A DNA stretch of 36,494 nt from Octopus bimaculoides (taxonomy: Eukaryota), in NCBI RefSeq assembly GCF_001194135.2, contig NC_068996.1, forward strand, positions 49,594,172 to 49,630,665, written 5' to 3'. Shown one piece after another: positions 1-11,100 of the stretch. The notes under the pieces are model-generated. The model saw only the letters and a list, made by a program, of their open reading frames with translations. It did not search any database and was not told the origin of the DNA. Made by a program: the position numbers and the translations under genes. How positions within the stretch are numbered: the stretch's first letter is position 1; each line of letters opens with the position of its first letter.

Positions 1-52
<52 letters not shown>

Positions 53-621
53 TTCACAAACATAGCTGTTCACACACACACACACACACACACATATATG
101 TGTAGGTATGTATATATATGTATGTATGTATAAGGTGTGTTTATGTTATGGTAAGGTATGTTATATATTCTGTTCTGTTATGTTTATGTTTATTTCTTTA
201 TAATATGTGTTAAATGAAAAAATCTTACAGAAACAGACAGGTGTGTCTGTAATACGTTTGCTGGGTTTTTTTTTTTTTAATTTTTTTTTTTAACCTTCTG
301 AAATGAGGAGAGTATGCAGAAATTGAGACGTTATGAAGTGGGGTTGCGTGGAAAATGGTGTGATGAAGTTGAATCACAAGATTCATATTATATGTTATAA
401 TGCATGTGTACATGTATACATACATATATATAAACACACACACACACACACACATATATATATTTATATATATATATACATATACACAAACGCATACATT
501 TTTCACACCAAGCACTTGTGTACTAAGGGTGCTGTTGTGCTCTGTCTCCAAATGTAGTATTCGGTATGTCATCGGGTCATGAAACAGCTCTATAAGTGTT
601 TTAGCAGCTTTCACAGACACA

Positions 622-657
<36 letters not shown>

Positions 658-659
658 TA

Positions 660-698
<39 letters not shown>
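1..698. repeat. Microsatellite-dense block: (TA)n, (CA)n, (TACA)n
   Basis: Pure and compound dinucleotide/tetranucleotide runs at about 1-130, 405-490 and 617-698; they generate the YIYI/THTH ORFs. Confidence 0.95.
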
Positions 699-700
<2 letters not shown>

Positions 701-730
701 TTTCATTCATTTCAGCTATGTGGCTGCAGT

Positions 731-1113
731 CTTTTATTCTTTTACATGTTTTAGTCATTGAAAGGTTTTAGTCAAAAAGATATCGACCCCAGCACTTATT
801 CTTTGTAAGCCTGGTACTTATTCTATCGATCTTTTTTGCCGAACCACTAAGTTACAGGGATGTTAACACACCAGCATCAGTTGTCAAGCAATGGTGGGGG
901 GACAAACATAGATACACACACATGAATATATATATATATATATATATATATGACGGGCTTCTTTCAGTTTCCGTCTACCAAATCCACTCACATAGCTTTG
1001 GTCAGCCCAAGGCTATAGTGGAAGACACTTGTCCAAGGTGTCATGCAGTGGGACTGAACCTGAAACCATCTGGTTGGGAAGCAAATTTCTTAGCACATAG
1101 CCATGCCTGCACC
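731..1113 (-). mobile_element. tRNA-derived SINE, family A, near full length
   Basis: Aligns by eye with the copy at 15049-15407. Minus strand has a tRNA-like head (A-box-like TGGCTATGTG, B-box-like GGTTCAGTCCC), an internal (TA)n and the family 3' end. Confidence 0.85.
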
Positions 1114-1608
1114 TATATATGTATATATAGATATATCATGTAATGGCTGCTAACTCATGTTTGAATATTGTCATCACCTGATTGAAAGTCTCACGTGCAA
1201 AGACTACGACCAGTCATTTTTGTGCTATGTCATACTTTTTCATCAAGTGATGCCTGTGCATGATGGTTTTTCATAGAACGGAAAGGATTTGCCGAGATCC
1301 AATCCCATTCTCTGAACATAGACAACATAAACTTGAAAAGAAGAACTAGTTTACATCATCAAATATTGTCAGTGTCGCAGATTTTCTATCAGAGTTTCCT
1401 TCTCCAAGAGAGATGTTGTGACAACAAAAGAGGAGCCCTCCCACTCCCAGTGGGTCAACCGCACACCTGGACACCAATCCAGGTATTTCTATGCCCCCGC
1501 ACATACATACATGCTTACATACACATATACACATATTGTTGGATGACCATTGACTGCTCATAAGTTCTTCCACCCTTTGATATATACATGTATATACACA
1601 CACACACA

Positions 1609-1884
1609 TTATCATCATCATCGTTTAATGTCCACTTTCCATGCTAGCATGGGTTGGACGATTTGACTGAGGACTGGTAGACCAGGTGGCTACACCAGGC
1701 TCCAATCTGTTCTGGCTGAGTTTCTACAGCTGGATGCCCTTCCTAACGCCAACCACTCCAAGAGTGTAATGGGTGCTTTTTACGTGCCACCGGCACGAAG
1801 GCCAGTCAGGTGGTACTGGCAACGGCCACGCTCAAAATGGTGTATTTTACGTGCCACCTGCACAGGAGCCAATCCAGCAGCACT
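1609..1884 (-). mobile_element. RTE-type LINE 3' end stub (family C) with (GAT)n tail
   Basis: High similarity to 3558-3812 and 36267-36494; minus strand reads GGTTGGCGTTAGGAAGGGCATCCAGC...CATGCTAGCATGGAAAGTGGACATTAAACGATGATGATGA. Confidence 0.85.
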
Positions 1885-1886
1885 GA

Positions 1887-2029
1887 GGTGCAGGCATGCC
1901 TGTTTGGTTAAGAAATTTGCTTCTAAATCATGTGCTTTCAGGTTCATCCCCACTGCATGGCACCTTGTGCAGATGGATTTGGCAGACAGAAACAGTAAGC
2001 CCATCATATATGTGTGTGTCTGTGTGTCC
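1887..2029 (+). mobile_element. SINE family A, 5' part
   Basis: GGTGCAGGCATGCCTGTTTGGTTAAGAAATTTGC...CAGGTTCATCCCCACTGCATGGCACC matches the head of the minus-strand family A copies. Confidence 0.75.
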
Positions 2030-2442
2030 AAATTGTACATTTGAAGGCATAATTAATGAATACGATGAAGCATTGCTGATGTTTTCACTTATAAATGGTA
2101 TTTTGCGTAACACTACATTTATACGTGTTATATGTGCCTATTGTTGTTGTTACTATTGTTCTTGTTGTTATTGTTTCATATAGTCAACAGTTATAGTTAC
2201 AGTTGAAACATTCTTCAATTATTCCATTCCCCCCTCCCTCCTGCCGCTAACAGCAGTGAAAAATGTTTCTCTTCAAAGTAGCTTCTTACACATAAACTCC
2301 ATAGATGCTCACTGGGATATGCTGTTGACGTGGTATGAATTGTTGGATTTTTCTATAAGGATATCAGCATTTTATTTACTTGGTTAGCTGTGTATGCATG
2401 CATACACTCATGTTTATGTATATACATATATATATCTGTTAT

Positions 2443-2835
2443 CTTTTCTTTTACTTGTTCCATTGTTTAGACTGCGGCCATGCTGGGGCACTGCCTTAAA
2501 GAAGTTTAGTCAGACGCATCAACCCCAGTACTTTTTTTTTGTTTTGTTTTTTTTAAGCCTGGTACTTATTCTATAAGTGTCTTTTGCTGAACCACTAAGT
2601 TCTGGGGACACATACATACATACATACACACCAACACCAGTTGTTAAGTGGTGATGGGAGAAAAACACAGACACATACACACACACACACACACACACAC
2701 TTGTGTGTGCGTGTATATATATATATATATATATATATGTATTTATACAAGAGGCTTCTTTCAGTTTCTATCTACCAAATCCACTCACAAAACTTTGGTT
2801 GACTGTAGAAGACACTTGCCTAAGGTACCACACTG
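2443..2835 (-). mobile_element. SINE family A, diverged, expanded internal (CA)n/(TA)n
   Basis: Shares GACTGCGGCCATGCTGG, AAGCCTGGTACTTATTCTAT and CTACCAAATCCACTCACAA with other copies. Confidence 0.8.
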
Positions 2836-2841
2836 TCACAC

Positions 2842-2874
<33 letters not shown>

Positions 2875-3557
2875 ATAGATAATTGTAATTTGACTTGATC
2901 TGTTCCCGGTGGAGTGACATCACATCACTTGTTATTCTTGAGCATCGTAATATGTCTTTTCATTTCTCTTAAAAATAAATCAACACAGATAGGGCATTGC
3001 AATTCCTAGACCAGTTGAGGTCATTGTGTTGCATTAGTGGCTAGCATTCATGCAATGTGTTATGTAATGATACACGCACAAGTAAATCATATGCAAGTTA
3101 GCAACCCCACTTCTCTGAAGCTACTGGTTTGTGTAAACAGATTGGCTACTTATTTCTATCAAGTGATGCAAACATCTCTGATAAGACCCCAATAAGGCTT
3201 GAAAATCAGTTAAGGTTGTATATCATTTTTCCTCAATCTATAGAATGATAGTTAAATTTGCTATGTAGGTTTTATATCTATATATATATATATATATATG
3301 TATATAATGTGTGTGTTTTGCAGATTTGGCAAGTATAGCAAAAAGTTGTCTGCTTTTACTAACTCAATACCTATTGAATTATTGATTACAGACTTTCTTT
3401 GCAACAAGAATAAATCTGCAAAAGGCAACTATTTAGTCTACAGTTGTCTTCATTAGATTTCTGGTCTCTTTCATCTTAGATTTTAAAATATTTATATATA
3501 TATATAATGTAAATGTAAATCTATGTGTGAGAGAAAGGATTCTTTAGAATACATAAG

Positions 3558-3812
3558 ATCATCATCATCGTTTAACGTCCGTTTTCCCTGCTAGCATAGG
3601 TTGGACAATTTGACTGAGGACTGGTGAAACCAGATGGCTGCACCAGGCTCCAATCTGATTTGACAGAGTTTCTACAGCTGGATGCCCTTCCTAACGCCAA
3701 CCACTCCAAGAGTGTACTGGGTGCTTTTTACGTGCCACTGGCATGAGGACTAGTCACACAGTACTGGCAACGGCCACACTCAAAATGGTGTTTTTTACAT
3801 GCCACCTGCACG
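3558..3812 (-). mobile_element. RTE-type LINE 3' end stub (family C)
   Basis: Near-colinear with 1609-1884; (CAT)n at the left end is the tail. Confidence 0.85.
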
Positions 3813-4215
3813 TTACGTGCCGGGAACATGTTTTATATCTTGTTTTGAAAAAAAAAATTTTTTATCAACGGCCAATAACTGAATAAGTCAAAACAATGCA
3901 AGTTATAAAAAAAATAACACAAGTTGATGTTTGATACTTGTACCTGGAATCACAGGGCAAAAGTTCCAGCCATTGACCTCTATTATTTCTTTAAACTTGC
4001 ATTGTTTTGGTTTTATAAAAAAAAAAATTATGATTACATACAAACTAGTGTGTGTGTGTATGCGTAACATGACATTAGTGTTGGGGGTGGGGAAGGGTCC
4101 ATGAGACAGATCCATCTTAAATACAATGTACACTAGATATTCCTTGGAGATTGGCTTAAAAGTACAGTAGGACATGCAACTGGAAAGTACATAATGTAAT
4201 GGAAAATAGCTGATT

Positions 4216-4250
<35 letters not shown>

Positions 4251-4390
4251 CATACTTTATTAAAAAGCAACAAAAATATCACCAAAAGTTTTTGTGATAT
4301 TTTTGCAGCTTTAATAATAAATCATATTACTCTACCTCTGGTATTTGAGTACTATTTTTCCCACCTTGTTTCGCATTTATGTGCTTACTC

Positions 4391-4393
<3 letters not shown>

Positions 4394-4455
<62 letters not shown>
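4394..4455. repeat. (TA)n microsatellite
   Basis: Uninterrupted TA run. Confidence 0.95.
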
Positions 4456-4460
<5 letters not shown>

Positions 4461-4711
4461 AAGTCTCTTGTCATGAACAACAAATGAGAGTTCACTAAAA
4501 TAAAGTATTGATCATGTTCTCTGGACATGAATGTGTCTTGAGGCCTGTTGGTGCCTTGCAAACCTTTTGGCAAATGAAACATTATGTAATAATGTGTTCC
4601 TTGATGACCCATTCTGGTTAAGCATCCAATGACACATGGAACATATAATGCAGGATTCCAAGAAACATACATAGGAACTAATGATATAAACCTGTTTATT
4701 GTAATTTCTCA

Positions 4712-4751
<40 letters not shown>

Positions 4752-5380
4752 CTTTAAAAAATGTTTTTATTAGCATAAAGACTGTGAGCATTAACTTCAA
4801 AAATAAGGACTCTACTAGTATAGAGTGAAATATTTTAACTAATTTTCACAATGACTTTGCAGTTTTGCCTATGGTTGGCCTTGGCAGATTGTGCTGTTTA
4901 TATGCATGAGTTTTTCTTTTTGGGTGAATTGGTTAAGTACAAAATAGAAATTATAGATCTAACTCTACATAATATTCAGATCTTACTCCTATAAAAAAAT
5001 ACCTATATATATATTGATAGCACACTAAAGAGTACCATTCACAGTTGATGACAGCAACCATTGGCAAGATTTCAGTCACTGCCCTTAAAATCTTACATGT
5101 ATGTTATAATGAAGTCAAATGAAATAGTGATATTTTGAAATCATTTAATACGTACATTTCAGGTTTGCATGATATATAATAGGAAATGCATCCATTACGT
5201 AAACCTTCCTCAGTTAAAACATTACAAAAATATTGGCATAACACAGAATTATATATATATATATATACATTTATATTAATATTAGGGACAAAATCCAAAA
5301 TTACAGGTAAAAACTCAATTAAAATCAATTTATAAAAAATTAAAATTAAATTGAGCTTTATAGATTAAAATATATATAAA

Positions 5381-5608
5381 ATATATAGTTTTAGGGAAAA
5401 TAACCATGTTTCAAGAACTCATCAATGAAAATCCACTATCACATATAGAAAAATTAATAATTAAAAGCATAATAAATGGGTATAATATAAAACAAAGTAA
5501 ATATCATAAGATAAAGATAATAAAATAATTATTAATTTTTCTATATGTGATAGTGGATTTTCATCGATGAGTTCTTGAAACTTGGTTCTTTTCCCTAAAA
5601 CTATATAT
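5381..5608. repeat. Foldback inverted repeat, probable MITE: 82-bp arms, 64-bp spacer
   Basis: Arm 5381-5462 is the reverse complement of arm 5527-5608 with 3 mismatches; TA-rich flanks. Confidence 0.9.
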
Positions 5609-6017
5609 ATATGTCTTTGGAAACAAGACATTTCTTTGCACACTATCTCACTTCATGTAGCTGTCAGCAAATAAGTACCAGGTGATCTAAGAGTGATAAA
5701 CATTTCACTTAATGCTGCTGTACCCCAGACTTAAAATGTTGGTCTTTATGAACTCTTGTAGGAGGCATATATTTGATTTAAAATGGGTTGGTGTGTAGAG
5801 AAACAAAAAATGCCTTGCCATATGTAACTGTATTTGTTTACATTACATGTTTGAACTATACCATGTGTGTTTGTGTGTATGTATATACATATGTGCGTAT
5901 ATATCTACACATATGTATGTATAATGTGTTTATACCCATATAAGTATTTGTGTGCATGTTATTCATGCAACAATGCCACATTTATATATATCTATATATA
6001 TATATATATATATATAT

Positions 6018-6934
6018 NNNNNNNNNNNNNNNNNNNNNNNNNNNNNNNNNNNNNNNNNNNNNNNNNNNNNNNNNNNNNNNNNNNNNNNNNNNNNNNNNNN
6101 NNNNNNNNNNNNNNNNNNNNNNNNNNNNNNNNNNNNNNNNNNNNNNNNNNNNNNNNNNNNNNNNNNNNNNNNNNNNNNNNNNNNNNNNNNNNNNNNNNNN
6201 NNNNNNNNNNNNNNNNNNNNNNNNNNNNNNNNNNNNNNNNNNNNNNNNNNNNNNNNNNNNNNNNNNNNNNNNNNNNNNNNNNNNNNNNNNNNNNNNNNNN
6301 NNNNNNNNNNNNNNNNNNNNNNNNNNNNNNNNNNNNNNNNNNNNNNNNNNNNNNNNNNNNNNNNNNNNNNNNNNNNNNNNNNNNNNNNNNNNNNNNNNNN
6401 NNNNNNNNNNNNNNNNNNNNNNNNNNNNNNNNNNNNNNNNNNNNNNNNNNNNNNNNNNNNNNNNNNNNNNNNNNNNNNNNNNNNNNNNNNNNNNNNNNNN
6501 NNNNNNNNNNNNNNNNNNNNNNNNNNNNNNNNNNNNNNNNNNNNNNNNNNNNNNNNNNNNNNNNNNNNNNNNNNNNNNNNNNNNNNNNNNNNNNNNNNNN
6601 NNNNNNNNNNNNNNNNNNNNNNNNNNNNNNNNNNNNNNNNNNNNNNNNNNNNNNNNNNNNNNNNNNNNNNNNNNNNNNNNNNNNNNNNNNNNNNNNNNNN
6701 NNNNNNNNNNNNNNNNNNNNNNNNNNNNNNNNNNNNNNNNNNNNNNNNNNNNNNNNNNNNNNNNNNNNNNNNNNNNNNNNNNNNNNNNNNNNNNNNNNNN
6801 NNNNNNNNNNNNNNNNNNNNNNNNNNNNNNNNNNNNNNNNNNNNNNNNNNNNNNNNNNNNNNNNNNNNNNNNNNNNNNNNNNNNNNNNNNNNNNNNNNNN
6901 NNNNNNNNNNNNNNNNNNNNNNNNNNNNNNNNNN
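6018..6934. other. Assembly gap (N run)
   Basis: 917 N. Other gaps: 11674-11683, 20429-20672, 27859-28224, 29420-30044, 33739-33787. Confidence 0.99.
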
Positions 6935-7274
6935 GATTTTTAGATTGAAAAAAGTTTTACCATCACTATCCTCTGTCTCTGCCTTCTCCTCCTTATCATC
7001 ATCATCATCATCATCAACATCAAAACCATCAAATATTATCATGTGAAACTTGAGCATTTTCCATTAAACCATATTTTCAATTTGAATTTGTTTATCAATA
7101 TATTATTAATATATTGTTTGAAAAAAATGTTATTGTTTTTTGTTCTTTTCTGTTTATTTTTAATATTATTATCTTATTATTTTGTAAACAATATTATTAT
7201 TATTGAAAATACTTTATAATTATTAAGAAATCATTATTATTTAACAGTGTTAAAAAAATCATTATTAATATTTC

Positions 7275-7430
7275 TTGTTGTTGTTGTTGTTTAGACCCCA
7301 GATCATCACTGATCGAGCGGACCTTATTATCAAAGACATTCGACCCATAAGTACCTTTCCGTCTTTCTCCTTTGTGCAGGGAATCCAGGACCATTTTATT
7401 TGAGGGAGACTTGGCTGTTGTTTCTAGCAA
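7275..7430 (-). repeat. Unclassified interspersed repeat (family E) with (AAC)n end
   Basis: Motifs TTTGAGGGAGACTTGGCTGTTGTTTCTAGC and GTTTAGACCCCAGATCA recur reverse-complemented at 18271-18612 and about 24690-24722. Confidence 0.55.
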
Positions 7431-7519
7431 ATAGGACTAGAGCATAGTGTCTCCATCTTTGGTATATATTACAAAGTAATGTAGCAGCAGAAATGGTTTA
7501 GCCATTTTTTCATCATCAT

Positions 7520-7801
7520 TTGGGCCTCATGGAGGTAATGGTAAGTGACCATGACCTTTGGCCTTATGCCATGCTTGAGAGGACCCATCAAGCCAAGTGA
7601 AATCATAGTCGTGGCCAATGCTGGTGTTATGTAAGTGGCGCATAAAAAACACCCATTGAACTCTTGGAGTGGTTGACATTAGGAAGGGCATCCAGCCATA
7701 AAAACCACGCAAAATCAGATTGGAACCTGGTACAGCTTACCAGTTTCAGTCAACCCTATGCCCACATGGAAAACAGATGCTAAGTGAATGATGATAATGA
7801 G
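7520..7801 (+). mobile_element. RTE-type LINE 3' end including the last ORF2 codons and 3' UTR
   Basis: 7520-7600 translates LGLMEVMVSDHDLWPYAMLERTHQAK*, followed by the AGGAAGGGCATCCAGC motif and a GATGATAATGA tail. Confidence 0.8.
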
Positions 7802-8211
7802 CTTATTTGCATATTGTGCTCAGGTACACTGCAACTCATCAGAAAAATTAGCCAAAAGGGCATAAACAATGAATAAATCATTGAAAAGGGAAGTGGGGAA
7901 TTAGGTGTACTGTTGGTGTATATCAGGAAGCATGGAAGTTTTGAAGGATGTATCCTGACTGCTAACAACTGATGTGAATAGTTTATTCTATGCTTCAGTA
8001 TTTCAAGGCGTGAAAAATATTTACAAAAGTCATGGTGCTGTGTTGTTTTTTGATTTTGTAAGTTTGTCCACAACTGTTAGACATATGAAATTCAAAAAAG
8101 ATGCCCAAGGTTGATTTACCCCAGGGTATTATGAGTTAAAGCTCCCACAGGAGTCTGTTGTCTTTGTATTTCAACTCCAGAATCAATAAATGGCCACTTT
8201 TTATAGAAATG

Positions 8212-8677
8212 GCAACTTGGACAAGTGTCTTCTACTATAGCCCCAGACTGACTCAAACCGTGGAATTGGTAGATGAAAAGTGAAAAAGGCCATCATATTA
8301 TCATCATGTTCATCATTTTAACATTCGATTTTCCATGCTTGTGTGGGTTGGATAGAATTTCATTGAGGCAGAGTTTTTACAACCAGATGCTCTTCCTGTT
8401 GCCAACCCTTGTGTTTCCCAGTGACCAGACATTTGTTTATAACTATCACACAATGTCAAGGCAAGGAGGCGGTAGTATACATATACACCCACCCACACAT
8501 ATACAATGGGCTTTCTGTTTCCATCAACAAATCTACTCAAGGATGCTCTTCCTAACACCAACCACTCAGCAGAGTGGACTTAGTGCTTTTTACGTGGTAC
8601 AGGTGAGTCAGTTTTGGCAAGGTTTTTACAGCTGGATGTCCTTCTGAACACCAACCACTTTACAGTGTGGACTGGGT
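8212..8677. mobile_element. Mosaic of fragments: SINE A(+) 8212-8294, family C(-) 8291-8438, SINE A(-) 8454-8542, double-module family C(-) 8541-8677
   Basis: Each segment matches diagnostic motifs of fuller copies elsewhere in the window. Confidence 0.7.
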
Positions 8678-8902
8678 ATGTATATAAAGATTTGGTCATA
8701 CAAACAGAAGAAATTAAACTAGAAAAATACTTACTCTTAAATATTATCTACAAAATTACTCAAGGTCTGAGAACTTCAAGCTTTGATAGATTGATATGTA
8801 CAAAGCAGAGATTTCCTTCTGGCTGCTCTACAACATCAGTTGCCTTACAATGTGGATTATTTTCAGTAATCCTATTGGCATCCCAAAGACACCCAAATCA
8901 AG

Positions 8903-9061
8903 ATGTTGTTGGGTCTCTTTTCTTTGCTGGTGAATTGTACAATCACTCTGTTGACTGTAGCAAGAGGAAGCTTTGGTTTTATGCAATCTTACACTAAATC
9001 CACCCTTAGATTTACCTACAATATATCAGACATCTCTTTTGCTTCTGATGTTTGTAATATG
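8903..9061 (+). CDS. Candidate coding exon with hydrophobic, signal-peptide-like start; product unknown
   Basis: Acceptor TTATTTTCAG ending 8866, ATG at 8903, open frame MLLGLFSLLVNCTITLLTVARGSFGFMQSYTKSTLRFTYNISDISFASDVCNM, donor GTGAGT at 9062. No homology recognised. Confidence 0.28.
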
Positions 9062-9415
9062 GTGAGTTGCTATAAACAACACTCACTGTAATCTGTAATG
9101 TAAAATAATAACACATTAACAAGTGTCAAACACCACCAGGTAGTATCTGCACTGATAATAAAAGAAGAAAACCAGGTGAGCTGGAGGGGAAAAATTAAAG
9201 TGAGGAAAGAGCTAAAGGATAAAGGCAGGATAATTGTGTTAGGAATGGATGAATGAGTTGCTCATTTAAACATGGTGGTGCTGTGTTTGGAAATGAAAAC
9301 AAAGCATGAAACTTTGTTCCATCCATGTAGATCCATGGCGTGCAGAGATAATAGGCACTGAAAAGGGGATGATGGAGTGTCTTGCGTTGAAGTGGATAGC
9401 AAGAGCTTGGTTTGA

Positions 9416-9837
9416 CATAATGGGTGCTGAAAAGTTCCTGGTTTTGGGTAAAAGATAATACACGAGGATTAGTTAATTATGGTTTTACTCAACATATTCC
9501 CCTCTTAGATTCATACACTTATTGAAGGCAGCAAGCTGGCAGAAATGTTAGCATGCCAAGCGTAATGCTTAGTGGTATTTCGTCTGTCTTTACATTCTGA
9601 GTTCAAATTCCGCCAAGGTCAACTTTGCCTTTTATTCTTTCAGGGTTGATAAATGAAGTACCAGTTGTGTACTAGGGTCAATCTAATCGACTAGCCCCCT
9701 CCCCCAAAATTTCAGGCCTTGTGCCTAGAGTAGAAAAGAGTCATACACTTATTTTAGTGCTCCTTCAGTCTTTCTAAGTCCTGTAAAAGAACTCAGAAGG
9801 TTGGGCTTCCAACCAGGCTTTTTAGTGCCCCATCATA
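9416..9837. mobile_element. Mariner-type MITE interrupted by a SINE B insertion
   Basis: Left TIR GGGTGCTGAAAAGTTCCTGGTTTT, degenerate right TIR ending CCCCATCATA; colinear with the intact copy at 35482-35698. Confidence 0.85.
9524..9740 (+). mobile_element. tRNA-derived SINE, family B, full length, 13-bp TSD
   Basis: B-box GAGTTCAAATTCC; flanked by TCATACACTTATT at 9511-9523 and 9741-9753. Confidence 0.9.
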
Positions 9838-10010
9838 TAGAAGGATACTTGAAAAGTGTTCATGAAAAGGATCAATAAGCTGATGGCACATTTCACTAAT
9901 GTAAAGGAGACTGCAGTTTGCAGATGATGCTAGATGCAATGTTCTTTCTCTCTACAGAAAGCAAACCATGAATATATTACTAACAGTGTTGATATTTTGC
10001 CCCAAATTTA

Positions 10011-10221
10011 AAGCGGTGAGCTGGTGGAATTATTAGCAACCCAAGCAAAAAGGCTTAACAGCATTTCGTTTGTCTTCATGTTCTGAGTTCAAATTCCACT
10101 GAGGTCAACTTTGCCTTTTGTCCTTTCAGGGTCAACAACATAAATAACTAGTTGACCACTGGCTGATACAATCGATTTACCCCTCCCCCAAAATTGCTGG
10201 CCTTGTTCCAAAATTTGAAAC
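10011..10221 (+). mobile_element. SINE family B
   Basis: CTGAGTTCAAATTCCACTGAGGTCAACTTTGCC and tail GGCCTTGTTCCAAAATTTGAAAC. Confidence 0.85.
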
Positions 10222-10271
10222 TGATATTTAACCCCAGATCAATTCCAACTCAACCTTGCCAGGCCACATTA

Positions 10272-11100
10272 CAAGCTGGTATCAAAAAGTTCCTAGACTA
10301 GTTATGTTTAATAAAAAAAAAAACTTATTTACCAAAGTTTTAGCATCATCATCTTTGAAATAGTCACTTTGTGCAGCAATACACCAATTCTAATGTTCCT
10401 GCCACTTTTGGAATCAGGCCTGGAAGTCATTTTCCTTAAACGAGTTGACCTTCTGTGATTCGCTCTTGATCTCAACTATGGCATTACAACAGCAACCTTT
10501 GAGGTGCATTTTCATCTTGGGGAAGAGATGGAAATCTGCAGGTGCTAAATCTGGTGAATAGGGTGGGTGTGAAAACGACACGATGTTTTTGGTGAGAAAC
10601 TCACGAGGAGAATTTGGTGACAGGGTGCATTGTCATCGTGAAGAATCCCCAATTCTTTGCACTCCACAGATCCAGTTTTGCCAAATATCTTCCCTCAAAT
10701 ACTTCATAACATCATTGAATATCCTCTGATGATTCTCATGCAAAAGCTGATGAATTTTCTCCACATTTCCAGGAGTGACGCTCATGGCAGGTCTTCCAGA
10801 TTGCTCATCATCTTCCACTTTTGAAGTGCCCGTGCCACTCGAAACATTGCACGCAACCCACTTCCCAAGTTTAATGCAAAATTTCATGTTTGCTCTTTGT
10901 TCCAACTTCCTGTCTATGACAAAATCTCAGACTACAACCATATACATGATCACAAATTTCACAACTAGTGAAATAAACACAGCTATGTCACTCAGTACAC
11001 TACCCCATGAAGATCACTGCTAGCTCTCACTGTGCATGCAACAATGTGCTGCCATCTGTTGGTGCACTACAGAACTAGTTCAGGAACTTTTTGATACCAC
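10272..11100 (-). mobile_element. Internally deleted mariner (Tc1/mariner) transposon with both TIRs
   Basis: TIR TGGTATCAAAAAGTTCC(TAG/TGA)ACTAGTT at both ends, TA at 10270-10271. Minus strand encodes EQRANMKFCIKLGK, EDDEQSGRP, HDDNAPCH (10617-10640) and YSPDLAPADF (10532-10560), with frameshifts. Confidence 0.9.

Noticed and set aside
225-758. 177-aa ORF and other YIYI/CVCV/THTH ORFs across the window
   Set aside because: Translations of (TA)n, (CA)n and (TACA)n microsatellites, which lack stops in some frames.
1276-1482. Unique sequence with possible acceptor and donor around RKGFAEIQ...WTPIQ
   Set aside because: Weak splice sites, several equally open frames, no recognisable homology.
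4318-4393. Short segment I recall as a common octopus repeat
   Set aside because: Single copy in the window; cannot be supported from the sequence.
5867-7057. Long ORFs of 100-364 aa here and at 20330-20806, 27584-28258 and 29365-30084
   Set aside because: They run through N gaps.
6960-7057. Minus-strand acidic peptide DVDDDDDDDKEEKAETEDSDG
   Set aside because: Driven by a (GAT)n microsatellite beside a gap; no clear acceptor.
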